From: Thermodesulfobacteriota bacterium | GTDB lineage: Bacteria; Desulfobacterota; Desulfarculia; JACQYL01 | Assembly (NCBI GenBank): GCA_963675595.2 | Contig: CAXXLZ010000002.1 | Span: forward strand, 1,824,001 to 1,888,000 | Reading direction: 5' to 3' | DNA length: 64,000 bases | Shown here: positions 47,701 through 57,307 of the stretch, piece by piece | Numbering within the stretch: the stretch's first letter is position 1 | Layout: the number at the start of each line of letters is the position of its first letter | The notes under the pieces: generated by a model | Databases searched by the model: none | The model's input: only the letters and a program-made list of their open reading frames with translations | What the model was told of the DNA's origin: nothing | Made by a program: the position numbers and the translations under genes

Positions 47701-48141
47701 TCAAAACCCGAAATGCTCGGCGCTCTGCAGGAGAACCGACTCGTCCGCCAGAGCTGCTTGCTCCTTTTCATCCCATTTCCGGCGGTCCCAAATTTCGAAA
47801 TTGCCCATCATGCCGGCCAGCACGGCTTCTCCGTCGAGTTTGGCGTATTCCCGAAGGTTTGCCGGAATCAGAATGCGGCCCTGCTTGTCCGGGGCGCAAT
47901 CCACCGCCGGCGAAATGAAATGTCGGATGAAATCCCGGTATTTTTGATCGAAGGTGGGTAGGGCCGCGGCTCTTTCCTCGATGACTTTCCATTTGTTCAT
48001 AGGAAAAGCCATGAGGCATCCGAGACCCCTGGTGACGACGGCGGTGCCGTCCCCTAGGGTGTTAAGAATTTCGCGGAATCGTGGAGGAACGGCGAGCCGG
48101 CCTTTGCCGTCGACGGTATTGGTCGTCTGCCCCCTGAACAT
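47701..48141 (-). CDS. mraZ: Division/cell wall cluster repressor MraZ
   Basis: MFRG, D.KGR..P and DKQGRI.IP duplicated AbrB-like motifs. Confidence 0.96.
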   Translation of the reverse strand: MFRGQTTNTVDGKGRLAVPPRFREILNTLGDGTAVVTRGLGCLMAFPMNKWKVIEERAAALPTFDQKYRDFIRHFISPAVDCAPDKQGRILIPANLREYAKLDGEAVLAGMMGNFEIWDRRKWDEKEQAALADESVLLQSAEHFGF

Positions 48142-48165
48142 CTCCCCACCTTCCTGGCCTTAGAT

Positions 48166-48190
48166 GACACTTTTCCCCACGTTTCCCCAC
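48166..48190 (-). promoter_or_regulatory. MraZ-binding repeats (GTGGGGAAAC GTGGGGAAAA GTGTC)
   Basis: GTG(GG) units at 10-nt periodicity between the promoter and mraZ, the known MraZ operator layout. Confidence 0.75.
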
Positions 48191-48195
48191 TGCCA

Positions 48196-48224
48196 AGCAT
48201 AAAGAGACACACCTATAGTGTCAA
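48196..48224 (-). promoter_or_regulatory. sigma70 promoter of the dcw cluster (Pmra)
   Basis: TTGACA-17 nt-TATGCT immediately upstream of the MraZ repeats. Confidence 0.75.
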
Positions 48225-48255
48225 GGGAAAAGTCGGCCGGAATCGTGGTTTTCGA

Positions 48256-49311
48256 CTAACGAATCTTCTTCTGATGCTTTCTTACGTACCGATTGTGCTG
48301 CGAAAGGGTCTTGGAGAACAGGTGGGCGCCGTGATTCGTGGACACAAAGTAAAGGTAATCCGTATCAGGAGGGTATAACACCGCATGGATCGACGCCTCG
48401 CCCGGAGAGGCGATGGGTCCGGGAGGCAATCCCGTTCGCGTGTAGGTGTTGTAGGGAGTATCCGTCCGAAGGTGTTTCCGGGTAAGGTTCCCGTCGAATC
48501 CGGACACACCGTAAATCACCGTGGGATCGGCTTGAAGCTTCATGTGCCGTCGGAGCCGGTTCAGAAAGACCGAAGCCACCAGCCCCCTTTCCTCTTCCAG
48601 GGCCGTCTCCTTCTCCACGATGGACGCCAGGGTCATCACCTGGTTCACGGACAGGTTCCCTTCCGCGACCCGTTGGGCATACCGGGAAAAGACCTTGCGC
48701 CACTCCCCGGTCATGCGTTGCGCCACGGCTTTGGGCTCCGTATTTCGCGGAAAAAAATAGGTGTCGGGGAAGAGGTAGCCTTCCAGGGAAGGACCGGGAA
48801 TGTCCAGTTCACGAGCCGTCTCGGGAGATAGTGCCATGGAGGCGAACTTCTCCGCATCCGACACCCCGGCTCGCTCCAGAATGCGGCCGATATCCGCCAC
48901 ACCGGCCCCCTCGGGCACCGTGACCCTGGCCAAGTACACGTCGCCCTTTACGAACGTTTGGATCAGCCCTCCATAAGTCAGTCCCGGTTTGAGCAAGTAC
49001 TCCCCGGCCTTTAACTTTCGAGCGTCCCCCGTCAGCACGCCGTGAAGTTCCAACTCCCATGTGGAACTCAGAAGACCCCGCTTCTTGAGGTCGGAAAGGA
49101 TGGCCTTGAAGGAAGTCTGCTTCCTGACGGTGAAAAACACCCCCTCTTGGGGAACGGACAAAGAGGTTTCCAGTGTACGATCCCAATGACGATGGATCGC
49201 CAAGACCGCCGTCAGAAGCACGGCGACCACTGCGGCCGCCACTTTCACCATCCGGTCTTTCCGGCCGGCAATGTTCGCGTCCGAGGTCAAAATCGCGTCC
49301 TCATCCGACAT
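48256..49311 (-). CDS. mltG: Endolytic transglycosylase MltG
   Basis: KAGEY, VPEG, LEGYLFPDTY, LASIVEKE, LQADPTV.Y, YNTY...GLPPGPI and YLYFV. Confidence 0.95.
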   Translation of the reverse strand: MSDEDAILTSDANIAGRKDRMVKVAAAVVAVLLTAVLAIHRHWDRTLETSLSVPQEGVFFTVRKQTSFKAILSDLKKRGLLSSTWELELHGVLTGDARKLKAGEYLLKPGLTYGGLIQTFVKGDVYLARVTVPEGAGVADIGRILERAGVSDAEKFASMALSPETARELDIPGPSLEGYLFPDTYFFPRNTEPKAVAQRMTGEWRKVFSRYAQRVAEGNLSVNQVMTLASIVEKETALEEERGLVASVFLNRLRRHMKLQADPTVIYGVSGFDGNLTRKHLRTDTPYNTYTRTGLPPGPIASPGEASIHAVLYPPDTDYLYFVSTNHGAHLFSKTLSQHNRYVRKHQKKIR

Positions 49312-49353
49312 CGCATGGTTTCCCCAAGAGCGAGGCCATCTAGCGGCAACGCC

Positions 49354-50268
49354 CTAAAGCAAAGCGTCCAGACAAAAACCGGCGGTCATCAGCAAACCCA
49401 CGGCCAAGTGCGTTCGAATGGTCAAGGCCTGGACTTCGGCGATTCCTCGCCGGTCGTCCCGTGTCAGTGCCGGCATGCGCGCCGCCTTTCTCGAAAGAGG
49501 AAAGGCCGCCAGCGTCAGGAGAAGCCAAGGTGAATACGCCGGAAGCAGGGCCAGAAGCAGAATCACCGGATAGGGCAGGTACATCAGGAAAATGTATACC
49601 ACGCGACTCCAAGGCAACCCCATGAGAACAACCAGATTGCGCTTGCCCGTGTCCCGGTCCGCTTCAAAATCGGGAAACTCATTGATCCAAATCACCGCCG
49701 TGATGAGGAATCCGCAGGGAAACCCCAGCCAGAACGAAGCCCAGCGGAGCTCGCACGACAGTACGTAGTCCACCCCCAAAGTGAGCAGCGGTCCGAACGC
49801 CAGAAAGATGGTCAATTCTCCTAGTCCGCGGCTCATGAGTTCCACCGGTCGGATGGAATACAGCCAGCCGGCCGCCAAGCCGAGCATCCCCACAATGAGT
49901 AGTCCGGGAGTTCTCCAGAATCCCAGGGTCAATCCCGCCAGAACCGCCCCGGCCACGAAACCCAACCCCGCGGCCTTGACCGCTTCCCGGCCCAACAATC
50001 CTTCCTGGATCACCCGACTGCCCCCACTGAACGGAGTCACCCTGAGGTTCACCTCGTCCGTTCCAGGTGCGTCGTAATAGTCGTTAAGCTGGTTTGCCGC
50101 AATTTGCAGGCATGCCACGCCGAGCGCCGCCACGAGGAACGGCGCCCATTCGAATACGCCTCTCGACCAGCCGTAAGCACCGGCGACCGCCGTCGGCGCC
50201 AAAGATCCCGTCAGAAACGGCAACCTCATGGATTTGATCAGTCCGATCCATTCTCTCCCCATCTTCAT
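49354..50268 (-). CDS. UbiA-family prenyltransferase, MenA-like
   Basis: R..F, NDYYD, FSGGS and NE.PD...D...GK..L motifs; multiple TMs. Confidence 0.8.
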   Translation of the reverse strand: MKMGREWIGLIKSMRLPFLTGSLAPTAVAGAYGWSRGVFEWAPFLVAALGVACLQIAANQLNDYYDAPGTDEVNLRVTPFSGGSRVIQEGLLGREAVKAAGLGFVAGAVLAGLTLGFWRTPGLLIVGMLGLAAGWLYSIRPVELMSRGLGELTIFLAFGPLLTLGVDYVLSCELRWASFWLGFPCGFLITAVIWINEFPDFEADRDTGKRNLVVLMGLPWSRVVYIFLMYLPYPVILLLALLPAYSPWLLLTLAAFPLSRKAARMPALTRDDRRGIAEVQALTIRTHLAVGLLMTAGFCLDALL

Positions 50269-50451
50269 CTATCCCATCCTCTCCTTCCGAGCCTGCCGTT
50301 TCCCCATATTCAAAACGCACCATCGGCGGGCCTCGCCTGCATTGCCCTCATATCCGCGATTTTACGGATATGCTCCTCTATGCCCGCACCACTCGGCCGT
50401 CGTGCCGAGTCCTCTTATCGAAACACCCGCCTCGGCCGGGCCACATCAGCC

Positions 50452-52380
50452 TTACCAAAGCGTCTTCTGTTTGGGTTTCGGCGGCTTGCGCCCCGAACCG
50501 CCGCGTTCCGTCCGAATCCCCTCCGCATCCATCTCATTCCAAAAAGGGGACGGCCGTTGATCCGACTTGCGGCCATGTCGAAATCGGGTCCTGCAGTGCG
50601 TTACGGTGAGCCTCCGTCGCGCACGAGTCATGCCCACGTAAAACAGCCTTCGCTCTTCTTCGAGGTCCACCGGTCCTTCGCCTTCCCTGAGAGGCAGCAG
50701 TCCGTCCTCCGCACCGATGAGGAATACCACGGGGAACTCCAATCCCTTGGCTGCGTGAAGCGTGAGCAAAGAAATCGCGGAGGCCCGATCATCATAGTGT
50801 TCGGACGGGTTCTTGAGCATCACCTGTTCCAGAAACTCCGGCGCCGTCCGTCGAGCGACGCCCGACTGGAATAAGGCGGCACGTTCTCGAAAGAGGTTCC
50901 ACGGTGTGGAGGTCCTTCTCGTTCCGTCGGCACACGCGGTTCGTTCCACACGGGCGAAGAACTCGTCCAACGGGTCCGTTTCGAAAGATGCGGCCAAACG
51001 TGCGGTGTCCTCGTCCGGAAACTCTCCTCTGGGGACCCTCTCCCACCAGCCTGGAATCTTTTCCCGCTCCCGATTCCCCTCTTCCTTCGGCGCCCCGTTT
51101 CCAACGGCCGTATCCCCTTGGGAAAGTCCCGTTCGATAACGGATCCAACTTCCCAAAGCCCGGGTGTCTCCGGGGTTGATGAGGAATTGCGTCAGGCCGC
51201 AGGCCGCTTTGCACAGAGGGTCCCGACTCCAAGGTTCCCGAGCGCTTTCCTTCACGGGAAACCCCGCCCGTTCCAGGGACTCGCGGACGTCCCGCGCCAA
51301 GGCGTGCGTCCGGAACAACACCGCGATGTCGCCGAAGTGACATTCTTCCGCTTCATCCGGGGCTTTCCCGGCCAGTCGTTGCACCGCCAGACTGTGGGTG
51401 CCCCCCAAAAGCCCCTCAATCTCACGCGTGACGAATTCCGCTTCAGCCCGCTCGTCGCCCAGTTCCACCCTGCGGACGATTCCGTCCGTTTTCCGGTGCG
51501 CCGTCAGCTTCTGCGGAATCCTCAGGCGGTTGCACGCGATCACCTTGCCGGCGGAACGAACAATGGTCCGGCCCGACCGGTAGTTGGTGTCGAGTTGCAG
51601 AAGCCGGGCTTCCGGATAAGTGGATTCGAATTGCAGAAAGTGCTCTACGGACGCACCTCGAAAACCGTAAACGGACTGGTCCGCGTCGCCGATGGCGAAA
51701 AGGGTTCCTCGTTGTCCGACCCAGCGGCGGATGAGACGATGCTGCAGGGGATTCAGATCCTGAAACTCGTCCACCAGGAGCCGTATCGGAGTTCCCTCTT
51801 CCTCACACCTTTCAAGAGCCCGGAGTTGCAGGTCGTCGTAGTCCAGGGCGTTCCATTTTTCCAGTGCCTTTCGGTATCCTTCGAACAGGGCTTCCCACTC
51901 GTCGGGCAACGTTTCGGGGACCTCTCCGTTCTTGACGGCGGATATCTTGCGCAGCAACGATTCGGGCCGATAGGAACGTCCCCTGAGCCCCAAATCTTCC
52001 AGCACTCGGGAAAACAACTCTGCCTGATCGTCCAGGTCGAGTATGGTGAACTCCCCGTCCTGCTCCCGTCCCGTTTGCTTTGTTCTAAGCAGATAGGCGC
52101 ACCGGGCATGGATGGTGCCCGCCCAGACGCCCGTAAGATTCGTCGAACCCTCTTCCGAAAGCAGATCCAGACGCGCCTTCAGTTCTTTGGCGGCCTTTCT
52201 CGTGAAGGTCAGCACCACGATGTCGTCCGCCGGAACAGACTCGTTCCGGATGAGGTGAGCAATCCGGTGCACCAGTGTATGAGTCTTCCCCGTACCCGGC
52301 CCGGCCGAAACCAGCACGTAGGGTTCCGAGGCGGTCACCGCCTCCCGCTGTTCCTCGTTGAGTGAATCCGTCCGGTGCAT
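50452..52380 (-). CDS. UvrD/Rep-family SF1 helicase
   Basis: LNEEQ, AGPGTGKT, TFTRKAA, DEFQD, GD.DQS.YGFRGA, NYRS, TLHAAKGLEF and EERRLFYVGMTRA. Confidence 0.92.
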   Translation of the reverse strand: MHRTDSLNEEQREAVTASEPYVLVSAGPGTGKTHTLVHRIAHLIRNESVPADDIVVLTFTRKAAKELKARLDLLSEEGSTNLTGVWAGTIHARCAYLLRTKQTGREQDGEFTILDLDDQAELFSRVLEDLGLRGRSYRPESLLRKISAVKNGEVPETLPDEWEALFEGYRKALEKWNALDYDDLQLRALERCEEEGTPIRLLVDEFQDLNPLQHRLIRRWVGQRGTLFAIGDADQSVYGFRGASVEHFLQFESTYPEARLLQLDTNYRSGRTIVRSAGKVIACNRLRIPQKLTAHRKTDGIVRRVELGDERAEAEFVTREIEGLLGGTHSLAVQRLAGKAPDEAEECHFGDIAVLFRTHALARDVRESLERAGFPVKESAREPWSRDPLCKAACGLTQFLINPGDTRALGSWIRYRTGLSQGDTAVGNGAPKEEGNREREKIPGWWERVPRGEFPDEDTARLAASFETDPLDEFFARVERTACADGTRRTSTPWNLFRERAALFQSGVARRTAPEFLEQVMLKNPSEHYDDRASAISLLTLHAAKGLEFPVVFLIGAEDGLLPLREGEGPVDLEEERRLFYVGMTRARRRLTVTHCRTRFRHGRKSDQRPSPFWNEMDAEGIRTERGGSGRKPPKPKQKTLW

Positions 52381-52676
52381 GGTTTCGCAATCCCGCTGTG
52401 AATAGAAAATGCCGTACACGTTATATCAGAAATCCGCGGTTCCACATAGCTCGTCGTCGGCCTTGGTCACGGATCGATGGTACACGTTCACACGGTGGTG
52501 GGGCATGCAACGGAAACGGTCTCAACCGGGGAAGCATGGGCAAAGATATTTCGTCATCGTTCAGGGGGGGGCTTTGTTACAAGGGGGCGAATAAATGTTC
52601 AAAAGAATGCTGTTGATTCTCTATCCGATACGAGAAATTTCACTCAAATTTCAACTAGCCAAGGGCCATACAGGGG

Positions 52677-52701
52677 GGGGCGGTTCGCGAACCGCCCCTA
52701 C
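52677..52701. repeat. REP-like palindrome GGGGCGGTTCGCGAACCGCCCC-TAC (GTAG type)
   Basis: Perfect 22-bp palindrome preceded by GTA on the minus strand (reads GTAGGGGCGG...), in an intergenic region. Confidence 0.6.
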
Positions 52702-52793
52702 GGAAGCATCTTTGCCGATTCAGCAGATGTAAGGAACGTTGGGAATTAGTGAGGATACCGGATTTCTTCCTCAGCTTCTCCGTCGGCAAACGT

Positions 52794-52822
52794 TTGACAC
52801 GCCCCATGTCGAACTCTATGAA
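52794..52822 (+). promoter_or_regulatory. Possible sigma70 promoter for the multiheme cytochrome
   Basis: TTGACA-17 nt-TATGAA; the palindrome CAAACGTTTG (52787-52796) overlaps the -35. Confidence 0.35.
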
Positions 52823-52907
52823 ATCAGGATAGCATGTCCGAATCCGCAAACATCGTTTCTCACCGGTTTCCAACAATGTTCCCTATTATGGACGACACCG
52901 AATTCTT

Positions 52908-55094
52908 ATGACACGATTCCCTGTCGGCCGTTATGCGCAAATTGCGATCCTCCTGGGGACGCTTCTTTTCCTTCTTGTGTGGGCCTCTTACCGCGAAACC
53001 CGCCCGGATTGGGTACGCTACCGGGCCCTCTCCGATCCCGCGTCTCAGCCGAAAGTGGTGGAAATCCGCATTCCCCGTTGGAGCGTGGTGGACCGGTGTC
53101 CCACCTGCCACCAGGGAATCGAGGACCCGGGCTCGTCGCATCCCTCGGAGGCTTTCGGCTGCACGATCTGTCACGGAGGCCAAGGACGCTTCCTGGATAA
53201 GGACCTGGCTCACGCCGGACTTCTGGGCGGAAGCAACCCGTCCAGGCTGGACGTAGTGGATCAAACCTGCGGGCGCACCGCTCCCGACGGTACGGCCTGC
53301 CACGGGTCCTCGACGGAACTTCCTCGAAACCAGGCATTCCGAGTTCCACGATCCCTCATGGCCACCATGACCGGGGTGATCACCTCGCTCAGGGTGACCT
53401 GGAACGCCCAGGACACCTTCGAGCCGCTTTTCGCCTCCCAGACCGTCGGTTCCGCGGACGGTCTCCGGACGTTGTTTCCGGTTCCCTTCATGTCTTTGAA
53501 ACAGGTCCCCAAAGCCCGTGACGGCAGGCCTCTCCTCACGGACCGTCTGGGACATCCCATCTCAATATCCGGAAAATGGGCGGACGACCAGTGGCGCAAG
53601 TTCTGCGCGAGATGCCACCTGTGGAGTACCCGCGAAAGCGGGCCGAGCACCCATCTCGAGGGATGCGCCGCCTGCCACGTGAAGACGTCCAAGGACGGTC
53701 GATATCACGGTAAGGACGTGACCCTGAGAGACCTGCCTCCCGTGCGTGGAGAACGACATGAACTCACGGCGGCCATTGAAGTGGATCAGTGCTTTCGCTG
53801 CCACAATCGAAGCAGTCGCATCGCGCTGAACTATCAAGGCTGGATGGAATCCGACGGATACGGGACTCCTTTCCGACATGGCGGGTTTGCACCGAGCCCC
53901 CTGAGTGGAGAACGCGGAATCATGCATCTGGCCCCGGACGTGCACTTCGAAAAGGGAATGCACTGCATTGATTGCCACACGGCCGTGGACACCATGGGAG
54001 ACGGAAACCTTTACGGCAGAATGCGGGACCAAGTGGAAATTTCCTGTCCCGACTGCCACGGCAGCGCGGATGCGGAGCCCCGTTTTCAGCGGATCGAGCA
54101 TGCGGAAGACTATCCGGTGTGGGCCTCCCGGTCCCTTCGCATGCCCCCCAACGAACCGGGACACCAAGTCGCCCTGACGCGCCGCAACGGAGTCCTCATC
54201 AATGTACGCAAAGAGAAGAACGAGGTCGCGCTGTATTCCAAGGTTTCCGGAAAACGGCACCTCATCCGGGTGATCACCGGCGAACCGGGCATCCACCGGA
54301 TTCAGGGGCACGGGTCGTCCAGCATGGAGTGCTACGCCTGCCATACGCGATGGGCTCCCCAATGTTACGGATGCCACGACTACTACCGACCCGAAGGACT
54401 CCACTACGATGCTCAGGCACGGGCACCTTCTCCCGGACGATGGAGGGAGACCCGTGATTACTATCGTTTCGAAACGCCTGCCCTGGGGCGAAACAGCCGA
54501 GGCCGAGTCGCTCCTTTCGTGCCCGGATGCCAGGTGCTCTTCGACGCGTTGGACGGCCAAGGTAATCCCTCTCCGGAAGGGGGACGCCGCGTTTTCCACG
54601 GAAAACTCTACGGACACGGCATTGTGAGTACGCCTACGTTCCCCCACACCGTGCGCCGGGAAACCGCCTCGTGCGTGGACTGCCATACCAATCCCAAACG
54701 TTTGGGCCTGGGGAACGGGATCGGTCGGAGGGATCGAGGGAACTTTGAACGGCTCGGTCGTCCCCAAGCCGAAGGAGCGCCCAAGGAGTACGTACCGGAG
54801 GGCTTGGCCGACTCGGAAGGCCGTCCCCTGCAAGGAACTTCCCACGCCGGCGCACGGCCTTTCACCCGTGAGGAATTGGACCGCATCTTTCGCGTCGCCG
54901 CCTGTGTGGTCTGCCACCAAAGCGCACGCGACCCCATTTACGAGAACTTCGACGAAAGCCTGCGGCAAGCTTCCAAGCCCGAACACGCGCGCCTGGAAGC
55001 CGCTTATTTCAAAGACGAGGTACCCATGAAGTTCCCGGCTGGAGACCTGTCCGAGGCGGAATGGGAGTCTCATCCGACAATGTCCAACCCATGA
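52908..55094 (+). CDS. Membrane-anchored multiheme cytochrome c (11 CxxCH plus one CX9CH)
   Basis: N-terminal TM. Heme motifs CPTCH, CTICH, CARCH, CAACH, CFRCH, CIDCH, CPDCH, CYACH, CYGCH, CVDCH and CVVCH, plus CGRTAPDGTACH. Confidence 0.92.
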   Translation: MTRFPVGRYAQIAILLGTLLFLLVWASYRETRPDWVRYRALSDPASQPKVVEIRIPRWSVVDRCPTCHQGIEDPGSSHPSEAFGCTICHGGQGRFLDKDLAHAGLLGGSNPSRLDVVDQTCGRTAPDGTACHGSSTELPRNQAFRVPRSLMATMTGVITSLRVTWNAQDTFEPLFASQTVGSADGLRTLFPVPFMSLKQVPKARDGRPLLTDRLGHPISISGKWADDQWRKFCARCHLWSTRESGPSTHLEGCAACHVKTSKDGRYHGKDVTLRDLPPVRGERHELTAAIEVDQCFRCHNRSSRIALNYQGWMESDGYGTPFRHGGFAPSPLSGERGIMHLAPDVHFEKGMHCIDCHTAVDTMGDGNLYGRMRDQVEISCPDCHGSADAEPRFQRIEHAEDYPVWASRSLRMPPNEPGHQVALTRRNGVLINVRKEKNEVALYSKVSGKRHLIRVITGEPGIHRIQGHGSSSMECYACHTRWAPQCYGCHDYYRPEGLHYDAQARAPSPGRWRETRDYYRFETPALGRNSRGRVAPFVPGCQVLFDALDGQGNPSPEGGRRVFHGKLYGHGIVSTPTFPHTVRRETASCVDCHTNPKRLGLGNGIGRRDRGNFERLGRPQAEGAPKEYVPEGLADSEGRPLQGTSHAGARPFTREELDRIFRVAACVVCHQSARDPIYENFDESLRQASKPEHARLEAAYFKDEVPMKFPAGDLSEAEWESHPTMSNP

Positions 55095-55284
55095 GACTCC
55101 ATCGGGTTTCCCGATGAAGTCCCTTCCCGGGCCTTCATCCCCGGCCTACCCCTTCCTTTCTCCGGCCCCCCCATGATAATCTACATTTGTGCAGGCTGAA
55201 CGAGGCGGATTTTCGATGAACTTCCTTACGAAATGATCGGAAGCCGGTTTGCTTGTGGTGTTTCCGACGACAAAGGAGTGGTTC

Positions 55285-57153
55285 ATGAGTGGAAAAGCGG
55301 GACTTCGGGCAAAACTCATCGGCGGATTCTTCATCGTGGCCCTCATTGCACCCGCGGTGGGTTTCGTGGGATGGACCGGTACACGACTTCTGAACAGGAA
55401 CGTCGAGGAGTTCGCCTCAAAACGTCTTCCCGCCACCCGGGACTTGGCGGCCATGGCGGAATCCGTGGCATCCGCCGTCGCGGCGCAACGAACTCTGCTC
55501 AATCCGAACCTCGGTAAAGAAATGCGCCAAACCCAGGAAGAAATTCTGACGCGCGAGCGAGACCGATTCGACCGTCTGAGGATGGAATATGCCGCCGAGG
55601 TGGGAGATATTGGTGAAGATCCTCTTTGGGATGAACTCGTTGGCGCCGTGGAGGAGCTGAAAGGCCTGGAATCGGAGTTCAGGGACGGCTTGAGCCGGCT
55701 CGATGAACTGGACATCGCAAACCCCGTGGCTCTCCGGGAAATCCTGGAAAAAGCGAGAGGCGATTATTTCAGTCTGCAACGGCAATGCGCGGATATGATT
55801 CAGAAGATGACCGGTTTCGAGGGAGGCGACAACGCTGCGTCGAGCCCTTTCGGCATTTGGTTGTCGCAGTACCGCACGCGGAATCCGACGATCCTGGAGG
55901 CTATGGACCGAATCCGTCCGCTTCACACGCAGTTCCATGAGTCGGTTCGGAAGATCAAGGAATATATGCGGAACAGCGCCATGTTCGACGCCTCGATGAT
56001 CTTTGAAACGGAGATGGACGCTGCGGCCGTCGGACTTTTCAAGGAGCTCGACGTGCTGAGAGCCGAGGCCGCCAAGGCGGAAGCGGTTTACGACCGGCTG
56101 AATGCCTTGAGCCTGGGGCCGCTTCTGGATCGTCAGAAAAAGGTCCGGGACCTTTTGAGCGGTCTGAATCAATCCAACGAACAATCCGTGACCGCCGAGG
56201 CCGACCGTGCCCGGGCCCTCACCACAAAAGTGGGATGGGCCACGCTCGCCGGGATGATTCTGGGCTTCATCTGCGCCGCGGCTTTGGGCGGGTATCTCAG
56301 CCTCTCCGTCACGCGGAGGCTCTCCACGTTGGCCCGGGACCTGTCCGACGGAGCGCAGGTCACGGCCGGCGCTTCGGCGCAACTGGCCTCGTCGGCGAAA
56401 GATCAGGCCCGGGAAGCCGGCGACCAGGCCGCTTCTCTCGAAGAAGCCGCCTCCTCTCTTGAACAAATGACCGCCGTGGTTCACAAGACCTCAGACGACA
56501 TGCAGCAGGCGAAGGTCGTGATGGATGCCTCCGATGCCGGCATGAGAAGCAGTCATCGATCCCTCAAAGAAACCACCGAATGCATCCAACGCATGGTAAC
56601 CACCGGGGAGGAAGCGGAAAAGATCATCAAATCCATTGACGAGATCGCCTTCCAGACCAACCTGCTGGCGCTCAACGCCGCTGTGGAGGCGGCTCGCGCA
56701 GGAGAAGCCGGGGGAGGGTTCGCCGTGGTCGCCGACGAGGTCCGGAGCTTGGCCCTTCGCTCGGCCGAGGCGGCCAAGGCCACCGAAAACCTCATCGGAC
56801 AAACTCTGCGTTACATACGAGAAGGCAACGAATTGGTGGGAAGAACCCTGGAAGAATTCGACACCATGGACCAGGACGTCAAGAGGGTTGCGACCTTGTT
56901 CGGCGGGCTTATGGAATCCGTTTCCGACCAGACGCGATCCATTGAACGAGTCCGAAAGATGATGGACGAACTCTCCCGGGGGGTACAGCGGAACGCGGCC
57001 AATGCCGAAGAATCCTCCGCCGCGGCGGAGGATATGCGCGCCCGGGCGGAAAGCACCCGTAATCACGTGCGGGCTTTGCTGGCCCTGCTGGGCGGTAGAG
57101 AAGCACTCGAAACCGGAGACTCTTCGCCGCGGGCCGCGTTGCCGGCCCCCTGA
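55285..57153 (+). CDS. Methyl-accepting chemotaxis protein (4HB-like sensor with CZB-like insert)
   Basis: Two TMs and the [35 protein letters not shown] signalling hairpin. Confidence 0.95.
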   Translation: MSGKAGLRAKLIGGFFIVALIAPAVGFVGWTGTRLLNRNVEEFASKRLPATRDLAAMAESVASAVAAQRTLLNPNLGKEMRQTQEEILTRERDRFDRLRMEYAAEVGDIGEDPLWDELVGAVEELKGLESEFRDGLSRLDELDIANPVALREILEKARGDYFSLQRQCADMIQKMTGFEGGDNAASSPFGIWLSQYRTRNPTILEAMDRIRPLHTQFHESVRKIKEYMRNSAMFDASMIFETEMDAAAVGLFKELDVLRAEAAKAEAVYDRLNALSLGPLLDRQKKVRDLLSGLNQSNEQSVTAEADRARALTTKVGWATLAGMILGFICAAALGGYLSLSVTRRLSTLARDLSDGAQVTAGASAQLASSAKDQAREAGDQAASLEEAASSLEQMTAVVHKTSDDMQQAKVVMDASDAGMRSSHRSLKETTECIQRMVTTGEEAEKIIKSIDEIAFQTNLLALNAAVEAARAGEAGGGFAVVADEVRSLALRSAEAAKATENLIGQTLRYIREGNELVGRTLEEFDTMDQDVKRVATLFGGLMESVSDQTRSIERVRKMMDELSRGVQRNAANAEESSAAAEDMRARAESTRNHVRALLALLGGREALETGDSSPRAALPAP

Positions 57154-57307
57154 ATGTTCCGGTGAGGCGTTGCCTGAACCCCTCAGCCTCGGCTCTGCAC
57201 AACAGCGGAGCAGGTCGAGGCAATGAGGCGATACGTCAAAGTCCGAGGGGAAGTCGGGGGGACGCCAGCGACGCCCCCTCGATGTCGTGGGATTTGTGCG
57301 GATGGGA

